A DNA stretch of 63,933 bases, counting the filler, from Blastocystis sp. subtype 4 (Eukaryota): NCBI RefSeq assembly GCF_000743755.1. It is 9 parts of 9 records of this genome, joined end to end, with 100 filler letters (N's around TTAATTAATTAA, not from the genome) between each part and the next. Parts side by side here need not be neighbours in the genome. Positions count along the whole stretch, not along the records: positions 12,885 to 21,654 come from NW_014569098.1; positions 21,755 to 27,557 come from NW_014569097.1; positions 27,658 to 33,436 come from NW_014569096.1; 6 more parts are not named here. One strand, given 5' to 3'. Both the position numbers and the translations under genes were made by a program. The notes beneath the pieces were generated by a model. The model was not told the origin of the DNA, did no database searches, and saw only the letters and a list, made by a program, of their open reading frames with translations. Each line of letters opens with the position of its first letter. Positions within the stretch are counted from its first letter, which is position 1. This document shows, in pieces, positions 13,201 through 28,038 of the stretch.

Positions 13201-13611
13201 GTTGACACCTTACAAGCATCCTGACCACACAGAATTACGAATTATGTTGTTTGTGCAATGGAAATTGATGAAGAGCTGTAACTTCAGTTTCATCATCTCT
13301 ATGGGTCGATATGGAGTTTAATAGTGAAATGAATTGTATTGGTTTGGCATTTGCTTCTTTTGTCCAAAGAGAATAGATGTGATTCACTATTTGATTCATA
13401 ACATTCTAATGAGATTCAAAACCAAGCAGAACAACCATTGGAATCAGAAGCCTAATAATTCCTTCAACTCCACCAGATCGTTCCATTCGTTGTTTCTAAC
13501 AGTTTTATCACTATCCATCAATTTTCAAAATAATCTGTTTGCTTCTAGATGAGTTAGGATTGTTCAAAGAGAGAGGAGCAGCCTTGTATTCTTCACTTCT
13601 TTTAGCCTGAT

Positions 13612-15889
<2,278 letters not shown>

Positions 15890-15973
15890 TGTCAATAATC
15901 TCATTAATGCGTTTGTTTGTTTGTGTAATGAAATGAGTAGCTTAATAAGGGAATGAATGAAAGAAAGAACAGG

Positions 15974-16047
15974 TCTTCCATAGCTCAGTTGGTTAGAGCG
16001 TGCGGCTGTTAACCGCAAGGTCGACGGTTCAAGCCCGTCTGGGAGAG
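15974..16047 (+). tRNA. tRNA-Asn (GTT)
   Basis: Acceptor TCTTCCA/TGGGAGA, anticodon arm TGCGG-CTGTTAA-CCGCA, T-loop GGTTCAAGCC, followed by a T-run. Confidence 0.96.
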
Positions 16048-16074
16048 TTTCTTTTTCCCATTATCATCATTAGA

Positions 16075-16761
16075 ATGCTTTATTTTCTCGTTCTTTTATT
16101 CCTTTCTCTCCAGTTCGCGAATGCATTGACAATAAATCTCTCTGGAGGGAAACAGCAGTGTATTTGGGAAGAAGGAAGTATTGGAGATCAGCTATTTGCA
16201 TCGTACGAAGTAACGAAGGGAAACTATCACAATCTCGTTGTTTCGGTAAGTTGTGAACGCTCGCTTCCATTTGTAGATTAAGGATAGTTACGGTAAACAA
16301 ATATATTCTGCTTCTGGTAAGGAAGAAGATGACTTCATTTTCAATTTCGAATCAAGCATTCGTGTAACCCTTTGTTTCTCAACTCCGACGAAGGAAGATG
16401 TATCCGTATCATTCCGATATCAGCTTGGAAATGATGTTAAACCTATTAACAGAGCTCCAAGAGAGGAGTACGTGACATCGAGTATAGATAATAGTCATAT
16501 GTAATTGTAGACGATGTGAACAATCTTGCTGACAAGCTGCAGGCTATCTCGACCGAGATCTATGCCATGCAAGATGAACAGCGATATACAGGAGAGAAGC
16601 AACATAATTATAAGAGCGGTCTGAATGAATGATTTCACTAATTCGTAGACCTTGTCAAACTGAAGAGAAAGATCATCATCTCGAATCTCTTTGAGGCAAT
16701 TGTAATGCTTTTGTGTTGCCTTCTGCAATATTTCCAGTACCGATCGATGATCCAGATCTAA
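16075..16761 (+). CDS. p24/emp24 (GOLD domain) cargo receptor
   Basis: Signal peptide MLYFLVLLFLSLQFANA, LTINLSGGKQQCIWEE, coiled coil, C-terminal TM ending LLQYFQYRSMIQI*; TGTTTGTT at 16783. Confidence 0.82.
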
Positions 16762-16878
16762 TCGTGTGTATTTATGTGATCTTGTTTGTTTTGTGGAATA
16801 AACAGCAGCGCACAAGTATTTTCTATATTTTTATTTGAAGATTTTCATCATATTCCATTCTTCTGTCGAAACTTGTTG

Positions 16879-19800
16879 ATGGAGGTAGAGGATTGTCGAG
16901 AAGAAAAGGCATTCTCACCGACATTAGCATCGTTTGAACCTTATATCGCTCTCTATGAGAAGTACATTCCAGAGAAGGTCAAAGTTGAGAAAAGACTCTC
17001 TGAAATCAAGGAATATGGAAAATCCAAGAGAGTGAAGAAGGAGATGCCTCGATATCCTGAGAAGGTAGTTCTATCTATCTAGTGAATAACCCATCAGACC
17101 CATTGGGATTATATGATGGCAGAAATGAAATGGTTAGCAACAGATTTCATAGAGGAGAGAAAGCGACATGGGAAATGGAGGAAGATGATAAATAAGGGAG
17201 TACTAGCTGTAGCAAAAGAAAAGGAGCAAGAGAAAATCAAAAAGAGAGAGGTTTGAACAGTGATTAGCATTCATAAAATAGGAATTAATTCGGAAACAGA
17301 GAGAAGTCGCTAAGCATATCAGTAAGCATGTCGCTATGTATTGGAACAAGATCGACAAGATTGTTGTGTACAAACACAAAGGGTAATTGATTTGACTTGC
17401 ATCGAGTATAGTCAATTGTATGAGCGACGTAGCGAATTGATGGATCGTCATCTTCAATTCATGTTAAAACAGACAGAAGACTACACTAAACGACTGTCAA
17501 ATCGAATAAGAGGTGCAAATTCTGATGAATGCATGAATTAGGAGGGATTTTGATGTTATAGCGAATCAAGCAGTGGTAGCACCGTTCCTCCTTAATCCCA
17601 AATATTCACTTCGACCTTATCAACAGAAGGGATTAGAGTGGTTAGTATCTCTGTATGAACAAGGTCTAAGTGGGATTTTGGCAGATGAAATGGGACTTGG
17701 TAAAACACTCCAAACAATATCATTACTGGCCTATCTGGCAGCAAATAAAGGCATTTGGGGTCCTCATCTGATTATTGTCCCTACAAGCACAATGTTGAAT
17801 TGGGAATGTGAATTCAAGCGATTTTGTCCTGCTATCAAAGTTCTGACCTATTATGGTTCAGCAAAAGAACGTGCTGTAATGACATGAATTTGAGTGATTA
17901 TGAATAGGAAAAGCGAAAAGGTTGGAATCAGCCAAATACCTTCCAAGTATGTATTACATCGTATCAGTTGGCAACAAAGGATCAATCTGTTTTTCGTCGG
18001 AAGAAGTGGGTTTATATGGTACTTGATGAGGCTCACAACATCAAAAACTTCCAATCGGAACGCTGGCAGACATTACTCCACTTCAATACGAAGAGAAGGT
18101 TATTGTTAACAGGAACACCATTACAAAACTCATTAATGGAATTGTGGTCGCTTATGCACTTTCTGATGCCTGCTTTATTCCGTTCCCGCGGGGAATTTGC
18201 ATTTTGGTTTTCGAATCCAATGAATCAAATGGTGGAGGGTGAAAGCAGTGTGAATGCAAAATTGGTTCGAAGATTACATGAAGTGTTACGACCGTTTATT
18301 CTAAGACGATTGAAGAGTGAAGTTGAAAAAGAGGTTGAAATGTGAAGAGGAATATGATTATAGATGCCAAAGAAGTATTTCCATATTGTAAGTTGTCCAC
18401 TGAGTAAGCGACAACGGTTCTTATATGAAGATTACATAAGTCGTCGGAACACTAAGGAACAACTAGCAAGTGGGAGTTTCTTATCAATGATGGGGGTGCT
18501 AATGCAGTTGCGAAAAGTATGCAATCATCCTGATCTATTTGAGACTCGACCTATCACCACACCTTTCATTTGTGAGAAACTTGACCCTATGTATCCCCGT
18601 TGTGTACTTAAGATGAAAGTAAGAGGAAGGATACAAAGTCATTCCTTCAATCAAGCTATCTTTCAAAGTAATGATCTGACAGACGAAGCATTGGATGAGT
18701 TGGATTGGAGACATGCCTTACGTTTCTTCCCTGATGATTGTCGCGATGTGAGTATATGTGAAGAGACGTTGTTATGGAAGATGGAAGAGGGGAATGCCTT
18801 AGCTTCAGTAATGAGAAAGGAGATGAAACCCAAACCCAATGAATTCGTTAGAGAGGTTTGTAATCAACAGAGATTGTTTTCACCATGCAATGAACTTCTG
18901 CATGAAGTGGAAGAGACTGAGTTCAACTATCGTTTTGGCAGTGAAATTGATAGTAGTTGGTGGTGGCGGATTTGAGGTATAGAGACGTGGTCCTCTTTGA
19001 TGGTGGATACTGTACAGGGTCTCCAACAGCTTGATATTGAAGATCTGTTGTTGATGCAACGGTCACGAGCGATTCAGATGGCAGAGAGGAATGAACGAGT
19101 ACTTCAACAATGTCCTTTGTATGGCGAGGATTTGCGTGAATTAGTGACGGTGTTCCATCGACCAACAGAAGACACAGAAGGACGGTGTAAGCGGTCTTGG
19201 GTATACACAAAATCGTTAAATTCACTTGTTCCTGACTTCAGTGGAGTATGTGCTCGTGAAGAGGATCGAGTGAAGATGTTTACAGTGTTGGTCCATAAAG
19301 TACAACCGCGGGGATGTTCGTATAGGAGTGAAGATCCCGAAGTGAGAGAATGTGTGAATGAGTACGAATCAATGTAAGTACGAACGGTGATTATGATTGA
19401 TAGACAAGCTATTCATACTTGGAAGATGAATACTTCAATCCAATTTCCAGAGAAACGATTGATTCAATTTGACTGTGGCAAGCTTCAAGTTCTGAGTAAG
19501 TTCATTCTATCTTGGGTTATTTGAAGGTGAGATGCTTCCTCAACTTCGTCGCGAAGGTCACCGTTGTTTGCTCTTCACTCAAATGTCTCGTATGCTTGAT
19601 ATCTTCGAGACATTCCTAAACATGCATCATTTTTCTTATCTTCGAATGGATGGCTCTACATCGCTTCCTCAACGACAGAAAATGATGGAGAAATTCAATA
19701 ACGATAATCAGGTATTTATTTTCATTCTCTCTACACGAGCTGGAGGATTAGGTATCAATCTTGTGGGTGCTGATACAGTGATATTCTATGATTCTGACTG

Positions 19801-20647
19801 GAATCCAGCTATGGATGCCCAGGCTCAAGATCGTGCTCATCGAATTGGTCAGACACGGGATGTTCACATCTATCGATTGGTTTCTGAGAGTACTGTGGAA
19901 GAGAATATATTAAAAAAGGCCAACCAAAAGCGACATTTGAGTCAGTTATCATTGGAAGAGGGACATTTCACTACCCAATCATTTATTCAAGAAATGTCAA
20001 TCTCAGATATTATTGGTGCATTGCCAGAAGAGAATCAAGCAGAAGTGATCAATGGATCATCTTTCGGGAAAATATCACCGAGTGAAATCCAGAAGACAAT
20101 GAATGCTGTAGAAGATGCAACTGACGTGGTAGCTGCTCAGCAGGCAGAGGCTGAGGCGAAGGCAGAAGATACTGAACCATTAGAAGAAGAGGAAGGAGAG
20201 AATGTGGTTACTCCAAGTGCTGAAATTGTGAATCGTGAATATGAACAATCCATTAAGCGAGCTGCAGATGAAGCAAAGACAGAGTTAAAGGCGTGGGCAG
20301 GAAAGAACAGTGAGCATTTGGCTGCATTGGAGAAATCACTTCCTGGGATTCAGCAGCGTTCAATCCGGTTTAAGGAGGTGTGTGAACCCATCCCTGAGGT
20401 AACGCCTGAGGCATTGAAAGCGGAACTACAAGGCTTGGAGGAGGAGGAGAAGGAATGGGAAGAGGAACAAGTGGAAGCAATGCGTGAAGCTGAGGAAGAA
20501 ATTCAAAAGAAGGATAACGACCCTACAGTCCTTGAAACAACTGGAGTTGGTAGTTATGAGGAAATGAAACAATTCTACTTGAGTTGCAGACGTGATGTTG
20601 CAGCAAAGATGCGTCGAGCGGAATTAATAGGAAAGGTTGGTGTGTAA
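16879..20647 (+). CDS. SWR1: SWR1/SRCAP-family SNF2 chromatin remodelling ATPase
   Basis: HSA-like [55 protein letters not shown], split-ATPase insertion, [20 protein letters not shown]. Confidence 0.93.
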
Positions 20648-20680
20648 ATTGCTGTTTGTTCTAAGAATTTCATATTACTA

Positions 20681-21377
20681 ATGAGTACACATATCAATCT
20701 TTCTACAGCTATTTCTGAATTAAAGGAAATGTTTCCATCCTTTGATGAGGACGTTATTCACATGGTTCTAACAGAATGTCGTATGACTTGGGTTTTTAGA
20801 TCTCTGGATAGAGGGAAACATGGAGCGTGCAATCTCATCATTATTGATTATGTCTGGTGATGATAATCCAGAATTGGTGAAACAGTGGGACTAAGATATG
20901 GATCTAACGTACAGAGTTCAGAATGACTCGAATTTCCACTCTTCAGTGGCAACAGAAGAGGAACTCCGAAAACTTGAAGATGAGTACAATATTGATCTTC
21001 ACAAATCATGGATCACTCGTTTACCCAATGATCTTCTTGTCGTATGTCATAAATCTTGTTTTGAAGTGTGTAGATCCGTCTTCGTAGATCAACTTCTGAT
21101 TCTTCTGTATTGTCTTCTGGTTGGTAGCATAACGTCTAGAGTGTGTCTATGAACGAAAAGTTGCATTATCCGGTTCGTGGCGTTCCTTTTGGTTGATCGT
21201 ATCTTGGATTCATAATATTTAGTTACCGGAGCTCCGGGAACCATGTACGTGAATCCAGGTGAGATGTACATGGGACCAAGCGCATTTGCGATTCTAGGAA
21301 AGGAAATCAAAGAGAAGTGGACGAATTATCGCAACAAGAGAAAAGGATACCAACTGACCAAAACTTCAGAAGATTAA
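20681..21377 (+). CDS. CUE-domain (ubiquitin-binding) protein
   Basis: MSTHINLSTAISELKEMFPSFDEDVIHMVLTECQGNMERAISSLLIM has the MFP...LL CUE signature; TGTTTGTT at 21400. Confidence 0.75.
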
Positions 21378-21569
21378 ACTGGCATTGTGATATAGGAGGT
21401 GTTTGTTACTAGTTTAAGAAGAAGCATAAAGAGTTCTTGACACTTGTTTCCCACGCGATTATCCGAGAATAACGGGGAATCCATCATTTTCGGGTGACTT
21501 CAGTGAAGCGCCGGTTTCTGAGTTTCTGGTGTGAGGGATCATAGTTTTTCTTACATAGAGGATACAATA

Positions 21570-21654
21570 ATGCTTTCCGCTCGTATCGTGAAGTCTTTCG
21601 TTCCCCTTGCCAGGTATTGGAAGGAGAAGACGTATTAACAACTAGAAACCAGAT
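21570..21654 (+). CDS. N-terminal fragment with a mitochondrial/MRO-type presequence
   Basis: MLSARIVKSFVPLA followed by a GT-AG intron; cut by contig end. Confidence 0.5.
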
Positions 21655-21754
21655 NNNNNNNNNNNNNNNNNNNNNNNNNNNNNNNNNNNNNNNNNNNNTT
21701 AATTAATTAANNNNNNNNNNNNNNNNNNNNNNNNNNNNNNNNNNNNNNNNNNNN
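21655..21754. other. Artificial contig spacer
   Basis: N44-TTAATTAATTAA-N44. Confidence 0.98.
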
Positions 21755-22039
21755 TGCTGTCTTCACCATTCTTTCTCTTCTTTCCAATCTATTCCATTAA
21801 ATCATATAATCCTACAGATACCAGAGTAGACAGCTGACGCTTCTCCTTCTTCAGGTTGTCGATACTACCAGTCATAGCTCTCCATTTCTACAATAATCAA
21901 CATCCAGAAAGTCTACATCATCCAGCTCAATCACTTCGTCCACTAATTCGACGCTAGCATAACGATTACGTTGGGACTGACGAACCAGATCAGGATTTCC
22001 ACCACGGGATACACGGAGTAAATTAATATCAATAGGCAT
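21755..22039 (-). CDS. SARS1: Cytosolic seryl-tRNA synthetase, 5' part
   Basis: MPIDINLLRVSRGGNPDLVRQSQRNRYASVELVDEVIELDD...KWRAM. Confidence 0.9.
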
Positions 22040-22132
22040 GTTAAACAAAGAAACTATGACGAAGCTGGATTGGGGGCATGATGAAACGCCATGACTAAGC
22101 TACAAATAGAATAAGATTAAAATAACTATGAA

Positions 22133-22205
22133 TCCCATATAGTCTAATTGGTTAGGATAGCAGGCTCTCACCCTGCCGATCCGGGTTCGATTCCCGGTGT
22201 GGGAA
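22133..22205 (+). tRNA. tRNA-Glu (CTC)
   Basis: Acceptor TCCCATA/TGTGGGA, anticodon arm GCAGG-CTCTCAC-CCTGC, T-loop GGTTCGATTCC, T-run downstream. Confidence 0.96.
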
Positions 22206-22217
22206 TTTACTTTTTCT

Positions 22218-23468
22218 ATGCTTCTGTCCAATCTCATTGATCCAATTCGGAGCTGGCTTTTGCAGGAGTGCTTTTATGAGTAAGAGATTGTTGTTGCGTA
22301 TGTTGATGTGAATAGAAATGTCACAGCAAAGGACTTGAAAGTTCATTTGATATCCTTAGGACTCATATCAGAATCATATTTCAATGATTATCGACTGCAA
22401 ATTATACATTGTTTACAAGTATGGGATTGGATTGATTAATGTTGTGTAGGACCAAATCTACTATTTGAAAAGAGTTGATACTGAGATATTTGATGATGTT
22501 ATCAGGGATTGTAATTATGTCGAGTGAATGTTAATTTAGATAAGCAAAATTCACTTTATACATCTGTATTCGATCGACTGTTGAATGATCCAAATCCTCC
22601 TTTGTCTTTGAAGCGACTCAAGTGGACTGTTATTCCAAACGTCCTTTCATTTTTCATCTTGGCTATTGGAATACCAGAGAATGCCTATCAAGAGGGAACC
22701 CAACGATGGAATCTGTTGTCCAAAGTGGAACAGAAAGTTGGGCATTTTGGATATCGTTAGGAGTAGGATTATGAGATGCAAATGTACAATTGGCGTCGTG
22801 CTCTGTTTGATGTGTTTCAGTGTGTAGATAAGGATCTGTTGTTCCTCTGAATTGATGTAAATTGTAGAGTTTTAGTAGAATGCATGAATACACGAGCAAA
22901 GCGCTATCAGCAGTGTCCAAAGGAATTACATTTTCCCTCAGGAATTGCACTCTCCATTCCATTTGCTTCGCTTCGTTCTTCCCTTTCTTCCTCACAACAA
23001 GAACTCTGTGATTGCGTGTGGTCCGAGGATGCTGACGTGCTCCAAATGGAAGCAGCACGTTTAATGGGATACAATAAATTGAAAGAGAATGGAGTGGAAA
23101 TACAGTGGGACCAATTAAGTAAATCCGAACAACAAGTCTATTTAGAGAAAGCAAGACAAAAGCAACTTGAACAAAAGCAGAAGCTAAAGTGGATTCAACA
23201 GCAGTACATGTAATAGAAGCAAATGAGGAGTAGAATGGTCCTTTCATCGAATCCGACTTTGCAGGAGTCAAAACCGAAGAAGAAAAGAAGTTTAGTGAAG
23301 AAGGCACGTTCTCCTTACAATCTCTTTTTCCATGATCAGATGATGTTAGAACGTGAGAAACATCCCAAATTACAGTTTGTGGAGTTGTCAAAGATCATCT
23401 CTAAACGGTGGCATGAACTGGAGGAAGAATCTCGAGCTGTCTATTGTCAGAAGATGAAAGAGTTGTAA
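22218..23468 (+). CDS. HMG-box protein, multi-exon
   Basis: C-terminal KKARSPYNLFFHDQMMLEREKHPKLQFVELSKIISKRWHELEEESRAVY; upstream exons join through about 30-nt GT-AG introns; start codon less certain. Confidence 0.75.
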
Positions 23469-23504
23469 TATATGTGTTAGATTTCATGTTTCTTAACAAA
23501 CAGT

Positions 23505-25265
23505 TCAAAGCATACTCTTAACAACATAGTCCCTAAAACCTGTTACATACGATTGAAGTTCTTCTAATTTTACCTGCAGAACTGTAGGACCTTCCAAAAA
23601 CTGCAAGGCTCCATCAATATTTGTCACAACACTCTGTTTTGCAGGACCAGCTTGCTCAGCCTTAGTACGCATTTCTTTCAACCAAGTTACATTCTGTAGA
23701 ACAAGTTGTGTTTTCATAATGGAAGTACTCAACTCCTCCGCACTGATCTCATTCTGAAGAGGGATCTCTCCTTCTGTAGTATTCTTTTGTCCTTCACATC
23801 CATAGGAGTACTGAAGCATACCCATTTCATTCATAATTAACTTAAAGAAGACTGTTCTTCTTCCGAACCCTCTCACAGTGGTTCCTCCAATCCGATTCGG
23901 TTGCCCCTCTTGATTCTCTGCATACACATCAATACGAGTATTAGTAAACAATCCATGAGCTGTGTATGTAATCATTTGCCAGGTATTACAAGGTGTACCT
24001 CGAGGGAGAACCACATGGAGTTCTGGTTCATTATTGAACTTTACACTCACTGTACGTACTACCATACTATGGACCATTGGAATGGTGATAGGACATCTTC
24101 GGTTGTATTGGTGACAGTAGGCATCCAATGCTGTAATACATGCTCCCTTCGCCACCACTTCATTAGGATTCACATTATCCAAAACACGACCTTCACCAAA
24201 TTCCTTTTCTAATCTGCGTTTCACTAGCGGAATATAGGAGGAACCACCTACAAGGAGAATTATATCCTTAGTATCCAATCCTTGCAAACCGGCGTTTCGG
24301 ATACATGTCTTACATATCTCAATACTCGTTTCAATATAACCAGAAATCATTCTTTCAAACTCATCTCGAGTAATGAAAAAGTTATCTTCGTCATCTAGAC
24401 CATAGTCGGTCACATCAAACTCCACCTCTTTCTGTACACTTAACTGTTTTTTGACTTCTTCTGCTGCTTGGCGCAGCTTTGCCTTCCGGTTTTTGCTCCA
24501 GTTGGCGACTGTGGCACCATGATCTGAAAACTGTTCGCAGAGATAGTTATATACTTCATTATCAAAATCTTGGCCTCCCAAGAGAGGATGTCCATCGTTC
24601 ATAATCACACGATAATCATTCAGCTGCGTTTCCATAAGAGCCACATCAAAGGTACCTCCACCCAGATCATAGACAAGGATGTGACGACGGTCCACGACAT
24701 TTACCGTATTACTAGCGAGTGCAGCTGCGCTGGGCTCATACATCACTTGAAAAACGTTCAAGCCAGCCATCTTAGCGGCAGCTACTGTAGCATAGACTTG
24801 AGCGCTCTGGAAGAAAGCAGGAACTGTAATGACAACATCGCGAATAGTCTGTCCAATGAATCTTGACGCTTCATCAACCAAGTATCGCAAGAAGTACGAA
24901 TCTAACTGCTCAGGATAAACAGTGCAGAATGTTCCGTTTTCCATTTGCAAATAATAAAAGGGACGATCATTCTGATCTGCACTAATCATAAACGAATAAT
25001 GCGAAGCGTTTATCAATCCTTGACATTCTGACATGGGCCTTCCAATGATACGCTTAATATCGTATATAGTGTTAATAGGTTGATGTTCAGAATTCCTCTT
25101 GGCAGCGCGACCGAACTGGAAATGCGAGTTACTGTAAGAGATGAATGACGGAACTGTGCATTCACCATTAAAGGGAACATGAACAAAGTTACCGTCTTTG
25201 TAGACATAAACACACGAAAAGCAAGTTCCTAAGTCAATTCCAGCACAGAGGTAGGGTTCTTCCAT
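23505..25265 (-). CDS. Atypical intronless Hsp70-family protein
   Basis: GIDLGTCFSCV, DIKRIIGR, VITVPAFF, YEPSAAA, YDLGGGTFDV, LVGGSSYIPLV; divergent short substrate-binding region, no EEVD/KDEL. Confidence 0.88.
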   Translation of the reverse strand: MEEPYLCAGIDLGTCFSCVYVYKDGNFVHVPFNGECTVPSFISYSNSHFQFGRAAKRNSEHQPINTIYDIKRIIGRPMSECQGLINASHYSFMISADQNDRPFYYLQMENGTFCTVYPEQLDSYFLRYLVDEASRFIGQTIRDVVITVPAFFQSAQVYATVAAAKMAGLNVFQVMYEPSAAALASNTVNVVDRRHILVYDLGGGTFDVALMETQLNDYRVIMNDGHPLLGGQDFDNEVYNYLCEQFSDHGATVANWSKNRKAKLRQAAEEVKKQLSVQKEVEFDVTDYGLDDEDNFFITRDEFERMISGYIETSIEICKTCIRNAGLQGLDTKDIILLVGGSSYIPLVKRRLEKEFGEGRVLDNVNPNEVVAKGACITALDAYCHQYNRRCPITIPMVHSMVVRTVSVKFNNEPELHVVLPRGTPCNTWQMITYTAHGLFTNTRIDVYAENQEGQPNRIGGTTVRGFGRRTVFFKLIMNEMGMLQYSYGCEGQKNTTEGEIPLQNEISAEELSTSIMKTQLVLQNVTWLKEMRTKAEQAGPAKQSVVTNIDGALQFLEGPTVLQVKLEELQSYVTGFRDYVVKSML

Positions 25266-25398
25266 TGCAATAAATAATAAAGTTAGATTGTACTGGACCA
25301 ATTATGGATGCCAGTTTAAATTAATGGTCCTTAATGAGTACTACAACAAACAATACTCTAACAATAATTAGGCCAAAAATACCTGAATCGAGATTTCT

Positions 25399-27104
25399 TT
25401 ACTTAATCGAATCAGGATAGTATTGCAACAACTGATTACGAAGCTGACTAAGGTAAGCCAGATCAACATTATCAACAGTTCTAAACACAGACTTAGTTGA
25501 TAATGCTTCCACTTTTTCCAAATAAGCCTTTACCTAATTTGAATAAGGATCTGTAGGTTTCCGCTTCATGACTTTTTAGCTTTTCGAATATCTTTCCATA
25601 GTGATGATAGTTTCGTGTACTTTTCTTTCTCCTTTGTCGGCAATTCACAACAATAGTTGAATTGCAGTATAGTCTGATCGAGACGGAATACCAGTTCGTT
25701 ACAACTGTTGAAATTCACGTTCAGTAGCAGTTTTTCTTTGTAAGGAAGAATATCAATCCATCCCACGTAAGGAAATTGTCCGTCAATGAATTGTCAGACA
25801 AAGAGATTCTTGTTCTCAGCTGTTACCTCTAATGGAACGGTAAGAGTGCTTTTTTGGGATGTACCCTTCTTTACAAGAAGGTTTAAACAGCTGTTATCAA
25901 TACTGTAGTAATAATCTTGTATACAGACTAACAGAGACATTCGCAAACGAAGTATTTGCAGGTTCATAACTCTTTACAGCTGTGATATATGCCCCTTGAG
26001 CCACTAACTCATCGGGATTCACATTGTTTCATATTGTAGTGCCAGGAATGCCTGTTCCAATAGCTTTGCAACCAATGGAATACATGAAGAACCTCCTACA
26101 AGGAGAATTGCATCTCTCGGTCCTAATGTGAGATTCACTTCGCTCAGGCATCTCTGACATGTCTCATGACTGATCCAGCTTTTCCCTAATCAACTCTTCA
26201 AACTTTGATCGGTCGATCGTGTAGTAATCATCTACTTCGCTCGCCACCGTAGCAAATGAACTCAACGGAACATCAGTAGATTTTGCTATACTTAGTGCAA
26301 TTTTGGCCTTTTCTGCCCCATGCACAAGTCTCTGGTATTTCCGACTTGTCTTCTCAATGTAGATTCCATAGGTCTCAAGCTCGTTCTGGAGATATTCAGC
26401 TAGGAGATAATCAAAATCACTCCCACCAAGCGAATGGTTGCCTTCGGTCTTAATGACTCTGTAATCACCATTTTTTATCTCAATGAGAATGATATCGAAG
26501 ATACCACCTCCTAGATCATATACCAGACATAAGGATAAATTATTCCACTAGACAATAAGGGAGAGCAGCTGCACATGGTTCTGGAAGGATACGCAATACG
26601 TTCAACCCTGCCAATCGAGTTGTTTGAAGGGTAGCGTGAAGTTGAACGGCTGAAAAGAAAGCAGGAACAGTAATAACGACATCCTTGATTTCCATGTCAA
26701 TCTTTTCTGAAGCAAAGTTTACAAGATATGATAGAAAAAGCGCATTAATATATTCAGGATACGCATATCCTATTGGTATATTGTCATAATTCACAGTCAT
26801 AAGATAAGAATAAGGCTTACCACAAAGATCAAAGGGCCACTTACGAGTGTAGTATTCTGTAATAGAATCAAAAGGATGCCAATAATACACTTCACCTCTT
26901 TATAGGCAATCGATGAGTTGATACAACTCCCCCTTACAGCAGCTTCACCATAATGGATTTCATCTGTCATCAGTGATATACAAGACGCGATACAGTTGGT
27001 CTCACGGTTGAAGGTACAGCTTGGAACTGACCTTTAACATAAACATAGACACAAAAATAACAGGTTCCAAGGTCAATTCCAATTGCAGGTATGACACCTT
27101 GCAT
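25399..27104 (-). pseudogene. Frameshifted tandem paralogue of the atypical Hsp70
   Basis: GIDLGTCYFCV, VVITVPAFF, LPEPCAAA, VYDLGGGIFDI and LVGGSSCIPLV fall in different frames, with several frameshifts and stops. Confidence 0.82.
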
Positions 27105-27456
27105 TATTTGAATTATGTTCAGATAACAAAATGGTAGCGAAATTGGCGCAACAACAATGGTTATTGCTTTAATTAACTGTGTTAAAGTTCATCGATTTTG
27201 ATGCAAATGAAGTTTATATCAAATTTCTGGAATGCATTTGTGCTCTATGCATAAACAAGAGGAAACGGATTCCGTCAATGAAAATAATGATTCAACTATA
27301 TGAATCAATAGATAATAACCACAGAAACAACATTATTAATATTTAAGGTAGAATAAACGGATGATACTTGATCATCACTCCAATTCATTCACCCTTTGAA
27401 AAAAGAGTAATGACTAATAATAAACAACATATCCAACAGAGTAATCACACAATTGC

Positions 27457-27557
27457 TCACTTGAAGGAGTTTCCGCAACGACCACAAGTGTTACGATCAT
27501 GATGCTTAGCCATGAAGACACCAGCTCCACAGACAGGGCACTCACGTCGCAGACGAG
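27457..27557 (-). CDS. RPS27A: Ribosomal protein S27a (eS31), C-terminal fragment
   Basis: [32 protein letters not shown]. Confidence 0.93.
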
Positions 27558-27657
27558 NNNNNNNNNNNNNNNNNNNNNNNNNNNNNNNNNNNNNNNNNNN
27601 NTTAATTAATTAANNNNNNNNNNNNNNNNNNNNNNNNNNNNNNNNNNNNNNNNNNNN
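27558..27657. other. Artificial contig spacer
   Basis: N44-TTAATTAATTAA-N44. Confidence 0.98.
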
Positions 27658-27759
<102 letters not shown>

Positions 27760-28038
27760 CTAGAATAATGAAATTGTGAGGAAAGGGAATGTGTGCAATC
27801 ATTGTGTTAAATTTGTGGTATGCAGAGGGTTTATTTTGATGATTGTACTTATTAATGATTGGCTTTATTGGATTGTTGTGATAAGAGGATAGTTTATGGT
27901 GAAGGATACATGGAATAAGGGTGAAGAACAGATAGAACAAGCGGAAACTGTATAAGTTAAAGAGATACTCTAGTTGATGGAAACGTTCTCTCAATGAACA
28001 AACAAACAGTTAACTTATGCAATATGTGTGATTCAAGT

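Noticed and set aside
22663..23391. 242-aa minus-strand ORF
   Set aside because: Antisense to the HMG-box gene, no motifs, crosses its introns
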